From positions 875,873-939,872 of the forward strand of contig NMRA01000027.1 in the NCBI GenBank assembly GCA_002633005.1: a DNA stretch of 64,000 nucleotides, written 5' to 3'. The notes under the pieces are model-generated. The model saw only the letters and a program-made list of their open reading frames with translations, was not told the DNA's origin and made no database searches. Position 1 is the stretch's first letter, and each line of letters opens with the position of its first letter. This DNA is from Phoronis australis (taxonomy: Eukaryota > Animalia > Phoronida). This document shows, piece by piece, positions 38,423-50,100 of the stretch. Made by a program: the position numbers and the translations under genes.

Positions 38423-41065
38423 ATGGATTTTTTTGAAGGGATCTTGAGCGATCCTGAAGAGGACGTAGAATCCACAGTCATCCCAGACGCTTTTGAAAAT
38501 TTATTGGATTTGGGAGATCTAGGCGAGAACGTGGGGTCTTCGGTCTTGCCACCGGAGATTTTAGATGCGGCTGAAAACCTGCGAGTCGATGCAGACATTG
38601 AACTTAATGCAAGTGGTGACTGTGGTGGAAATCTGAAGACTTTCGATGATGCTCATGCTATGTTGAATTCGGAAAATTTTAATGACTTTAACGTGCACAC
38701 AGACTCGTCTGCTACATCAGAAGTTCTTGCTTTTTCTGAAAACTTGTTGACTAGCGTGTCTTTTCGTGACCATAAACTAAATGGCGATTCTACACGTGAA
38801 CTAGAATCTTCTGGTCCTGTTCCTAACTTAATGTCTACTGCTGCTGCCCTTGATCCTGAACTGAATAACTCCAGTTTGATCCATGACCTTAATGATCTTT
38901 CTCGCAGTTTGCCGACTAGCCTGACTGTTACTGAACCGAATGTTAGTGCTGAATTTATCTCTAAACCAGAGACCAGTTTTAACTTATCGACTACTGTAGC
39001 CTCATGCAATCCTGCCACAGATTCTGATTTAACGGTCATTCAGGATATATTGAGGACTACGTTCGTTGACAGTGATCCCAAAGTTGTCAATAACTCGAAC
39101 GCTGGATCACAGAATTTTGACAGCGACCACGTAGGTTTATCTTCTGTTGGCGTTAGCGATGCTGCCGCTAATGCCGATTTCTTTGACAATATCCGTCACT
39201 GTTCGTCTTTTTCGAGTGTCGAACCGTCCTTAGAAAAGGAGGGAGTACAGACTTCGGTCAACACTATGCCAATGCAACGTGATTGCATTTCATGGAAGCC
39301 TCATGAATACAACGTTGCTAAGGTTTTAGTTGGAACATTAAGCCAAGTAGCTGACGGTGTACAGCATAAAAAATCGTATGGAGACCTTCGCAATAAGACT
39401 GAGGGTGTCAGTAATGGGTATAGTAATGACGTCACCAGACCTGTAATCTGTGAAGACGTCGCGACTGAATTGGTCGGTAGCAGAAGAGTCCGTCTTAAGT
39501 GTGGACTGTGCAATAAGACGTTTGGTGACCAGCAGCGCTTGTCTCGACACGAGAGGAACTATCATGCCAGTGAAGCGTTTAAATGTCCACAGTGTCCCAA
39601 GGAGTTTGTGTTGAAGCACCATTTGAAGGAACACATGATTACTCATACTCAGGAAAAGAGGTTTGCGTGCACGGTATGCGGCGTGCGCTTTAAGCGGAGA
39701 AACCAAGTGACGCGTCACATGCAGAAACATTCGGGTACGGAATCTTTCCCTTGTAGGAAGTGCCAGGAGCTCTTTAACTCGCGTGGTTTGCTCAATCGGC
39801 ATATGGAGAAATGTCACGGTAGTGCAGCAGTTAGTCGTTTCATGTGCTCGTGTGAAATGTGCGGCAGGAAATACGCGACCAGAGAGTCTTTAGTGAGTCA
39901 CGTCCGCCGCATACACGGCGTTGAGTTGAATGGCGAGGCACGCCCTACCGTTGAGATGAGAATACAAGGGGCGTCTGAGGTTGACTCGCATGGGTCATCT
40001 TCAACGGATGGCTATGAAGATGACGGCTCGCCTTTCTTGTTGGGTGATAAAGTTCCCCGAGCTGACCAAACTGCAAATTTCTTACCTCATGACACTGCAA
40101 GCGCCATCGATGGCGGTTCACATTCAAGCACCTCTCCGTTAGGGTATACTGACAACGTCGGCAGTGTAATTGGAACAGGTGCAGCACACAAGGTCCGACG
40201 TTTACACGGGGCTGGGGATGCTGTCAAAAAAAAGAGAAATTCTAAGAAAAGTTTCAAAAAATTAATTGGAGTTCAAAAGGATAAACGAAATAATCGAGTT
40301 GCGACAGTGAAAACACGGAAATTGCTTATAAAAAAGGCAGCCCACACTCTTTCAGCCGGCATGGACGAACATACGTATTGTAAATCAATCTCCAATAAGA
40401 ACGTGACCTCTGCAGTCAGTGAGGACGATGGGACCTTCGAGTGCGCCCGCACGAAGGACTTTCGACTCACCAGCGAGGACGCTCTGAACGAATTGTTTTT
40501 CTATCGCATGCTACCTTCTGCTAAATCAGAACCCATTCGCTCGCTTAAATATGAGCACACTTATATCAAATCGCATGGCGACATCCACATTCAAGCACCA
40601 CCCGAACCAAAGAAACCGCCATGTGTTAAAATCAAGCGGAAGAGGCTTCCCGTGACCGAGAAATGCACTACTGCAAAGAAAGTGGTGGTCTTGAACGTTA
40701 ACGTGAGGCGCCAGCCGAAGCGCGTTAAAAGAAACAGGGTTTTCGGCGACGCGTGTCCGAAAAGTAAGAAACCCAAAACGCGGATAGTGTCCTCAGGGGC
40801 GAAACAGTCTGTTTTGGCCGGTTTAAAGAAGCGCGTTACACCATCGTCGAAGCTCGCTGGGACCAATCGAGTGTTGGGTAACGCTGGTCCGAAGAGCAAG
40901 AAAGCTCTTTACATCTGCGAGATATGTAATGAGGGTTTAGCGCATAGAAACATGGTGTTGCTTCACCTTCAGAGCCACCTTGGGGACGGAAAAACGGACA
41001 GACTGTTTGCTGCCGAGGTAAGCTGTTTCCGGAGACCTGAACCACGCAAGCACATAATCGTTTGA
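38423..41065 (+). CDS. C2H2 zinc-finger transcription factor, 880 aa (acidic N-terminus, 5 clustered fingers, basic region, 1 distal finger)
   Basis: 2.6-kb uninterrupted ORF with fingers CGLC..H..H, CPQC..H..H, CTVC..H..H, CRKC..H..H, CEMC..H..H (linker HTQEKRF) and a distal CEIC..HLQSH. Acceptor TTTTAG|G at 38376/38377 lies just upstream of the ATG, and AATAAA is at ~41581. Confidence 0.93.
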   Translation: MDFFEGILSDPEEDVESTVIPDAFENLLDLGDLGENVGSSVLPPEILDAAENLRVDADIELNASGDCGGNLKTFDDAHAMLNSENFNDFNVHTDSSATSEVLAFSENLLTSVSFRDHKLNGDSTRELESSGPVPNLMSTAAALDPELNNSSLIHDLNDLSRSLPTSLTVTEPNVSAEFISKPETSFNLSTTVASCNPATDSDLTVIQDILRTTFVDSDPKVVNNSNAGSQNFDSDHVGLSSVGVSDAAANADFFDNIRHCSSFSSVEPSLEKEGVQTSVNTMPMQRDCISWKPHEYNVAKVLVGTLSQVADGVQHKKSYGDLRNKTEGVSNGYSNDVTRPVICEDVATELVGSRRVRLKCGLCNKTFGDQQRLSRHERNYHASEAFKCPQCPKEFVLKHHLKEHMITHTQEKRFACTVCGVRFKRRNQVTRHMQKHSGTESFPCRKCQELFNSRGLLNRHMEKCHGSAAVSRFMCSCEMCGRKYATRESLVSHVRRIHGVELNGEARPTVEMRIQGASEVDSHGSSSTDGYEDDGSPFLLGDKVPRADQTANFLPHDTASAIDGGSHSSTSPLGYTDNVGSVIGTGAAHKVRRLHGAGDAVKKKRNSKKSFKKLIGVQKDKRNNRVATVKTRKLLIKKAAHTLSAGMDEHTYCKSISNKNVTSAVSEDDGTFECARTKDFRLTSEDALNELFFYRMLPSAKSEPIRSLKYEHTYIKSHGDIHIQAPPEPKKPPCVKIKRKRLPVTEKCTTAKKVVVLNVNVRRQPKRVKRNRVFGDACPKSKKPKTRIVSSGAKQSVLAGLKKRVTPSSKLAGTNRVLGNAGPKSKKALYICEICNEGLAHRNMVLLHLQSHLGDGKTDRLFAAEVSCFRRPEPRKHIIV

Positions 41066-41900
41066 AAGTCGATGTTGACGTTTTGACGGAATTAGTTTGA
41101 TTTCATGGTGTATTTATTGGCGGCATGTTTGGTGTTTTACGGTGCAGTCGAACTAGGTTACAAGTAAACGTGCTTTATTGTTTGCTCTCTTATAAGTTTA
41201 CATTCCACTAGACTCCTAAAACAACTGTACAGCGAACATAAATTAGGTCAACAGCGTGCTCCTGGCAATATCGTTTTAGAGGTTGTTCATTGTCACGCGA
41301 TTTGATTGTAATGCGCGTTTTTCCTTTCGGAACTATTTTTTCACTTCAACCTCATCTGTCGGATTTTGACTGTTCACGTGTGTCGTATCTACTCGTATAA
41401 GTTAACGNAGGAGGATGGAAACGTTACTTTCCGCTAAGGATTACAATCCTATTGTATTGCCAACGGTACTAGCATATACATGTAGGTTAGAATTTGCCAA
41501 AGAGTGCGGGTTAGGAACTGCAAATAGGGTTATTTTTGAAACTGGTTCTAAATAATCATGTGTCTAGGCTTGGTGGTTCAAATAAAAGTACTGGGTAAAG
41601 GAACTTGAGGTCATGCTGGTAGAGCAATAAAATGAGGTGTCTCCGACTTAACGTCAAGAGGTTCTCCCGTAGCTCGAGTTGATAGGCACGTGCCGCCGCT
41701 TGTGGTTGTAAAACTTAAAACTGCAGTTGCGTTTGTCCAAAAAACAAATGCAGCTTTAAATTGAAGAAAAACCTGAGAACGGACGAAACATGCATCACGC
41801 TGCACTTGTTTGAGTTAATCGGTTCCGCTGGGTTTACGCGTCATATGGATTGAGAGAGAGCAATGTTGCCCTCGGGTAAGTTTGCTTTCTCGGTCCATAT

Positions 41901-44140
41901 CAGTGGCAGATCTACGTTTTCCGTAAGGGGGGTTCAAGGTTAGCGCGAATCGTCGAGGTGCGTAGCGCCGAGCGGGAAAGGTCCGGAGTGGGGTTCACCC
42001 CTCTCGTGTTAGAGAATTTTTTGTTTTTGTTGCCAACTAATGCAATTTCCATGCATCCTGGCGAGTATGTTTCAGTTAACGTTTCTCTGGAGTTTTTCTT
42101 AAGATAATTTTAAACCCTTCTCGATTTCGTCTCATGAACTCGGCACATAAGATCTGTAAAACCATATTTGTGCACATCTGGGTATGAGTCACGCCGCCAG
42201 CACACACCAATTTTTAGCATACGATCGAAAAGTGGTATACGAAAAAGTGTAGTGTGTATACAGCAGTTTAGACAACTACCAAATGTTCGAGAGCACCGAC
42301 GGCCATGTAAAAACCCAACACTTGGTTTTGAGATGATCGCGTGACAGCAGCCTCTAGTTGTTTAAGAACCGGCGTAGACCGGCACTGTTATGCCCGGAAA
42401 AATATAGATGTTTTGTCTTTTTACGAGGAAAATTGACAAACGATGGTGATCTCAGCACATGGTCTATTAATAAAGGCGGCAATAAACACTTAAAAGTATC
42501 GCTTGATTAAACTGAATCACGTTGACTGTTGGGCTACCGTATGACGCAACAACCGAAAAACGTCAAATATATCAGGAACAAACCACCTGAAAACATTTTC
42601 ATAAAGCACATTGTGGTAAAAAATATAACAAAAGCAGTTCGCCGAGAGACCAGAAGTACACAGAAAATCAGTAGCTACACAAATAAGCTGGCCTGGTCCG
42701 TCGCGAAACCAAACGTACACTATGCAAAATATCTGAATTGACAACTGCTCCCTAGACACTTTTTAATCCCCAGTCATTGCTTATACACTGTACATGTATT
42801 TTATGCATCTTGCCGTTACTCATTGACAAAAACGTGGCGCACTTTCACTCAATCAGGATAGACTTGCAGAACACAGGCCTTGGGTTGCCTTGGATTAAAT
42901 GCTTGACGACCAGTGACGTGTCTAGTCTTTTCGTTGTTTCGTAATGCATGGCCATCACTGATAACCCAGCAAGCCTTTCCTCAGACATAGTAGCCCTCAA
43001 ATGTGTCTTCACATGTCTGACCACAGAAAATGATCTCTCTGCTTCAATGGAACCAATGGTGGACGTTTGGAAAGATGTAGCAGTCTGCTTGCTTGAGTGT
43101 GGAACACAAGTTACTTGGCAATTCCTCTTGACTTGGAGCATTCCAGAAGGACCACCAGCGTCGGAGTTATTGCTGAAATGAGAACAAAAGATATTGATAC
43201 TTTTTATGTTTCTACTGTTACATAGGGCATTCGGTAATTTAACAGAAGACACAACATGTTATTCAAAATGCCGGTAGCCAGAAAGGAGTCAGTCACCTGC
43301 AGGGAATCTGGTGATGGCAAGTCTATGTCTTAGAAATGCAGCCGATCCTCCAGTGAGCCTAAAGCCTACATAACTGATCCTGCTAACCACTAACGGCACA
43401 AGAAATGACAGCTTCCACCTGCTTTTGGTCTTTCGAAGACACGGTGGTCAACTGGTGCGAGATGTTGTCTAGAAAGGGCATTCCCACTGTTCTTCTGTAG
43501 TACACAGATTTCGGTTAAAGAGCAGATAAAAAGTTAAATGGAAATACAAACTAAAATCCGTTGACTTTGTGCTTTACTGGGTAAATTTGACAGGTCCGAA
43601 AATAATTTCCTTTTCTTTTTCATTGTACATAAGTATTTTGTGTACAAAATGTGTAGAAATATAATTTATTACCTGTGTGTTTCTGCATGAACGCTAGTCC
43701 CATGCCTCTGGTGTCTGACTGCCGAGGATTCTGGGTATCGGATCGAATGTTCTCGGCGATGGTTTGCACGTCTTGGAACCATTCAATCCAGGCATCTTCG
43801 ATGTTTGTTCTCAATGCTTGCACTTCATCACTGTTTTGTGAATGAGCTTATAAACCACTACAATGCCAGCATCTCGTTTTTGCAGCTTTGCACTAAGCCT
43901 CTTGTGGTTGTCAAGTCCATTTAAAAGAGTTGTAAGCGCAATTATATTTGACTCTTTCATCATGGACTGCTTCAAACATTGCGCTTTTGTCAAAGACGAT
44001 GTATCCCAGGACCAATTTGCATCCCTTGCAATTTTCCGAATAAATGTCTCTATGTCTAAACTCTTGAAACGCAAAGTTGTAACGCCAAATAAACGCCCAA
44101 TGGTCATGGGCGTTTCATCGGGAGGGCCTTTCTGCAAAAA
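41901..44140 (-). mobile_element. Decayed hAT transposon (THAP12/PRKRIR-Tip100-like transposase), 3' part with TIR
   Basis: hAT dimerisation motif SIEAERSFSVVRHVKTHLRATMSEERLAGLSVMAMH (within ORF 42845-43252), YYRRTVGMPFLD (~43470-43503) and WDTSSLTKAQ...LSAKLQKRD (43811-44137). Frameshifts and stops are present. Terminus CAGTGGCAGATCTA at 41901. Confidence 0.88.
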
Positions 44141-47100
44141 ATCCCTTTATAGAAGACGGCAGTGATGCTTATTGCGGGTAGGAAAACGGTCAGTGCTGAG
44201 GTCGAAACCAGGGCACCTTAGGAGGTCTATTGATCACCACGCGAGTTCCACAAGATTTTGCTGAGCCCACCCGCTATTTCAGGTACTGTACGGTGTTCAC
44301 GAATGCGGTCGCCTAGTTGTCAATGTGAATGGGCCTCTGAATTCATTCCTTGTATTGGCCTAACTTGCTGGGGTGCATCTTGAAACGGATTCGCGAGCAA
44401 ACCACAGCGCCCGCCTCAACGGCCCTTACAAAGACCTAACAATTCCACATTACATGTACACTGTATGTTTAATGCGCAAGACGATTTTATTATCCACCAG
44501 ACAAATTCAAGTTACAGACAGTGAAACAATTACCCCGGAACGCGTTAGCCCTGGTGTTGTTTTGGACGAAGGTTATTGGAAACTTTCAATCCACGCTACA
44601 AAAGATAAACACAGGGTCATGGTGGGAACTCTTTAAAATTCAGCAGAGCATAATTTATTTGAAGCTGTGGACAAATGACGCATATTCAGGTAGGTAGGCA
44701 TCGAATTGTATCGGGCACATACATGTAGATGTTTCCTAGAAAAAATCACACTATTAACGTCATGCAATTTTACAATGGTACCTACATGATGCAATCGGGC
44801 TACATGAGCATGTATTTCTCCCGCCCGCCAATTTCTGCAATGTTGAGATGTCAGTGGGTTGCTGGAATCGGCACAAGGTCCATTTCCTGAACCTTTGAGG
44901 TAACACCGGTTAAACGTCACAGCTAACTCCGAGGATGTATCAATGTTATGTTTCGACTGAGCAAGTGATCTAAAAATATAGGACCTAAGTTTTGATTTGC
45001 TCTCGGACTATGAAACACCGTGGCCGAACTGGCAACATAATTGAATCTTTATCACTGCCCGTGTGTCTATAAACAATCGCGGGTCTGAGATTTGGCCAAT
45101 TTGATATTTGTGATATGACTTACCCTGGGCGGCCTGAGGCCCCTTGCAGTTGACTGTTTAGTTCTAGAATCGGCGAGAATCAATGTGACTGGTGATGGCT
45201 CACTCTTGGCAAGCGGTGGTGAGGCATGGCACCTCTCGTTACCGTTGGTGCGTATGGAACGATAGCCCAACCCATTTACTTCGTAAGTCAACACTGGCGT
45301 ATTCTAGTTTACTTAGATCTAGTCGTGATGAGAAAAATCTAGCCAAAATCCCTTGCTCTATTTCAAAATACGCGGCAATTATATTTCGCGGAATCTCGCG
45401 AGATCTTGCTTTCCTAGCGATGTACTATCAATATGGAACTCGACCCTCGTCACAGTCCACAAGTAACACATACGGTATTTTCATAAATATACAGTGTAGC
45501 ATGACATTATTTTGTAATGTCAGACATCAAACAGTGGCAAGCCGAACCATTTTTGCTTTAGACCCCTGGTCTTCATTTACTCTGGTTTCCTTTCTCGTAA
45601 ATTCGCTCTTTTGCAGAACTATTTCCTAAGTCATGAAATGTCATAGATTTCCACGACACGTTGTTTGGTAGTTCAAAGCAATGCAGGTTTAGCTCATTGT
45701 TCAAAGTGAGCCGACTCCGACGTGGACTAGTAGACAGTCTCGCCACCTGGTGTCTGCTTTCCCATCGGATCATTATTTCACGTCGCGAAGCAGGCAGGTA
45801 ACTGCAGAGGTTGCTCGGGGAAAGCTTTAAAACCGTGTATGGCTCTTGATTTGTCGTAGCTTAACAAAGAAGTGAACCCCACAATGAGTAGGATGGCAGC
45901 AACACTCTGAATGTCTGTTTTCGCCCATCTATGGGACAGACTGGAAGGCCCAGGCTTCCTGATCGCTGACATGAACTCAGCAGGGGACGGAAGATCGAAT
46001 GCAACGGTTCACTGAGCTGCCGCCTCATGCGTGTAAAACCTGTAACCGAGACAGTCGAACTGAGTGTATTACTCTCTCCAGTGTTGGACTAGTCTGTTTC
46101 AATAATAGACCATACACCCGTGAGTGAACCATTCCGTGGCCAATGTAATTCTGTGGCGGGGAATCTATCCGTAAAATTAACCCACCCAGCCACCCACCCA
46201 CCCACCCACCCAAGCGACATGTCCCTTGCCTTATCGTGTCCAGTGTTAAGCACCTTCTCCCGTTCTCTCCACCTGAGAGGAGCCCCACTGAGCTAGTCGT
46301 TTGTTAACAACACTTAACTGCCCTCTTACAGTCTGATTCTGAATCAATTAAGTCTCGCGGTGGTCTTCCCACTTGAGGGAAATTATTATGTCAGTGATGT
46401 TGAAAAGCAATTGAATAACTATAGGTAACAATATTGCTCGCGGGCATAAATGGTAAGACCGCTCCGACAATCCTGGTAAGAGAACACCAATTTGTTAACG
46501 CCTCGGCGCCCTATCCAGTACAATGGACTGGTCGATCACCTTTGCAATTCAGTACCTACCATTCATTCAGTAGGGGTCACCACTATGTTTGATTATGAAT
46601 TGACCTAAATTTTAGCATATTTACAATGTAAGCAGGTAACGACATTGTAAGACGTCTGGTCACGTCGGATCTGTAAAGTGGCATTTAGAAGCACGAAGAG
46701 TAGATTGATTTATGAAAAAAACGTTATTGTAGCTTATTGATTCAGCCGTTTCGATTGCTATGTGACAATTTTACCTACAACATTCGTCGATTTGAGGATT
46801 GAAGTTCGACAGGTGACAAAACACAGGTAAGTACATTTGTTCGCCATGTCTGCCAACCGTGAGAGACTGGGGGTATTATGTGTTTGAGTAATCGCTGGCG
46901 GTAGGTATTGAATTTCAAATTAAACAATTTGGTTAAAATTTGAACAACGATGTCTGAAAGCGCCTGTCGTCTAGTTTGATGTAGGTCTATAGCAGCATTG
47001 GGCTGTCGAGCAAATGAATTGCGCATTCTCCTCTAGTTAAAATTTTATAAAAATTAAATCACAAATACATTATTTGGTGATACTGAGAGATCTTTACGTT

Positions 47101-50100
47101 GAAGTTTCCCTACAACTAAATGTACATGGGAATTAGTAAGTTTTGTTTCCTTTACTGAAGACAGGTGTGGAAGAATCCAGTAAAAGCATACAACTTTGTT
47201 GGTTATAAAGCAATGCTTAACTTTCTTGAGAATAATGAATAGTATGGTTGTCATACCTATATGCTAAGTTTGTCATTCTGAACGAATATCTACCAATTCA
47301 TTGCCAATGAGCCAACACTCACAGTGCATGCAGTGTTAATACACTGTATCGCAAATTCGCCTTCAATTCGTTTTCAAGCATGTAAACTCATCATACACTA
47401 GACACAACTAAACTAAAAATGAAACTTTCGTATTTTTTATTAAAATGTCGAGGAATGGAAAGACTGTAAGCGCTAGTTTTGAGATATTACATTTACCTGT
47501 ATTAACCTTGCGGAGACGAAATGTTCAAGACATCAGAGTGTCGTCTAAAGCTTTCATTCAACTTCCATTTCGAATTCTTGCGAGTACACTATTACCCGCA
47601 GGTTAAACTTCGTGAATGTATGTAGATTTGCATTGGAAAGAAATATATTGTTGTAAAAGGCGGATATACTTATTTGAATAACAATGTGAAACGACGGCTG
47701 AGATTAACTGAAAATTAATGCTCCAAACATTTACTTAAGGTGATTACTGCGTTCGCTGACTTTCAAAAGTTTATTATCATGAAGGAACGTTAGCTACACT
47801 GATTTCTGATACCGGGATTATCGTCGTTTCTTCGTGTTGTTTTAACGACTACTTCTGATGTCGCTGTTTAAAACAACACCTACAGGTGTACCCGCGTTTG
47901 GATTTTCGTCGAAATCCAGTTGGTGTGTGTTTTAGGATGCCGGGAGTCTTTTCATGGTCTGTTTTGAACACTAGTGAATTGCGACAATTTGCTGTGGACC
48001 TAGAAGAAAAACACGTTGAGCATTATAAGATGTGACAAAGGAAATAACAGTTCAACGGCAAGAATAACCCAAATAGGCTTATTGTCACACAAGAAAGCCG
48101 AGCAATCGCGCTTATTGCATAATTATAATGCGCTGTACAAGACCTTATTCCGTGTATAGGGTCATGTATTCCATGTTCTTGAGAGGTCTCAGACAATATT
48201 GGAATGGCTGTGAACACATGAGAATGATAAGAGATTTCGAACAGAGCGCTTAAAATCCGCTCACCTGCTGCCAGCGACTGCCTCATTCTTTTTTGAGCGT
48301 TGCCTATCTTTCTTCCCTTCATGAGCGATTTTCAGTTGAGAGAAGAGGTCAACACATTCCCAAGAAAATGACTTTAGTCGATAGAATTGCTTACTGAAGG
48401 GTTGCATCTTCAAGACAGGGACTAGGTTTATTGAAAGGACTTAAAACAAATTCATATCCTCTCCATAAACTAGGAACCAGTTATTGGTTCGTAGCTGCAA
48501 ATGGGGCATTTTTCTTATCTACTCGCTGAAGGAGAGTTTGGGTATCCTAATTCCAGATGAACGTCCTATTGTTGTGCCCCTGAGAGTTGTATGTCACGTG
48601 AATAGTCATTACAAGGACTTCGTCCTTATCTACGGATTCATGTACTCCAAGGAGTGTGGGATAGCGGTCGTACTAGCAGCAACACGTGGACGCGTGGATA
48701 AACGATCTGTAGAAAGCACTAAGTTATTTTGGACGTGTTTCATGCAACTGGAACGTCAGTTTATCATTTATTCGAGTAAACAGGCAGCGTCTGTCCAAAA
48801 TCAACTTGCTGGTTGCTGAGCAAGTCCGCGTGACTCTTTCTAGATGCCGGATCGAATGACTTGTGTCCTCCAAACCTACGCTCTAAGATACGGCACGCAT
48901 CGATTTTCGCTGTCATAATCCGTGAAAAGATCAGTGTGGCGTGCACGGATGCGAGGATACAAAACTCCCAAAGCCTACATTATGTAGCTTTTTTGCCGGT
49001 CAACAACCAATTTTCGATTTTTGAGAACGAAACTATGTTCTTGCTCCGTCAATGTGACTATTCATTGAAGGGTGACGTAGGGAATTTTGGACAATTGCCA
49101 ATGAACGTTCAACTGAATGTAACAAAATTGAAGAAAAAAGTACTCTTGACACACGTTTGAGTCTTGGAACATCAGACAAGTCATTTGTTGTTCCGCAAGA
49201 CTAGAGGAGAGGTGGTTTCTGTGAGCCTAGGACGTAACATGATGTGTTAGATAAGAAAACCACGTTTAATAAAAGGGGCATTATCGGTTTTGCGACCGAA
49301 AATAAATTTGTGGGATTACTGTAGGATAGTATTAGCTTCTTTAGTTGACTTAGTTATTCGCCTTGACCAGAACTGTAAAACAATGTTGGGATTTTAATTA
49401 CAAGACGTCAATTCTCGCCCTTGTCTGCCAGTCATTCGCTGAAATCGAGGCCTTTGAATATACCAGCTAAAGTGGCTACAATCCCGCCTTCCGGAATATT
49501 TATTTCTATGAGGATGTTCTCATTTTTTCGTGACAAATTGTAGACGATTACGAGGCTTGTGAGGAACTTGCACTCGTTAAGTTTAGGCTCGATTAGTTGG
49601 TGCGTCACGGCGTGTCATTTTATGCAGCCGGACATGCTCTCGTGCAATATCGAAGTGACCGTTATTTTTCAGCCCGTAAATCCTGCATGGAACAAAGAAC
49701 CAATTTATAACAAAAAGTGGTATTTATCAAACGTTAGTTTTTGACTGCCAAATTCGGGTTCATGGCCACTTAATTAAGCTTAAAATATCCTGCTATTTAT
49801 TGAGTAAAATGTTGAACTCCGCCTGCAAAGCGTAGACCACAGTGCTACTGCTGAGCTAAGGAGTTCTATTCCGCGTTGGTGTTATTCCGAGGCAAACCAA
49901 TTTTCTCTCTGATAGTGCCACCTTAAGCACAATGTAAACTCTTGTCGAGAAAACAAACACATGTTTTGGGGCTGGCCATCGAGCAATGACAATGTGAGAC
50001 TAGACTCACACCTCCCAAACGAACTCGGGCCATTATGACTTGAAAACCTGGCATCTTCAGTTGGAGCCTACGATGTAAACGCGATCACCACGGTAAGGCA

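Noticed and set aside
38368-41045. Antisense ORFs overlapping the zinc-finger CDS
   Set aside because: Shadow frames of a long coding sequence with no recognisable domains.
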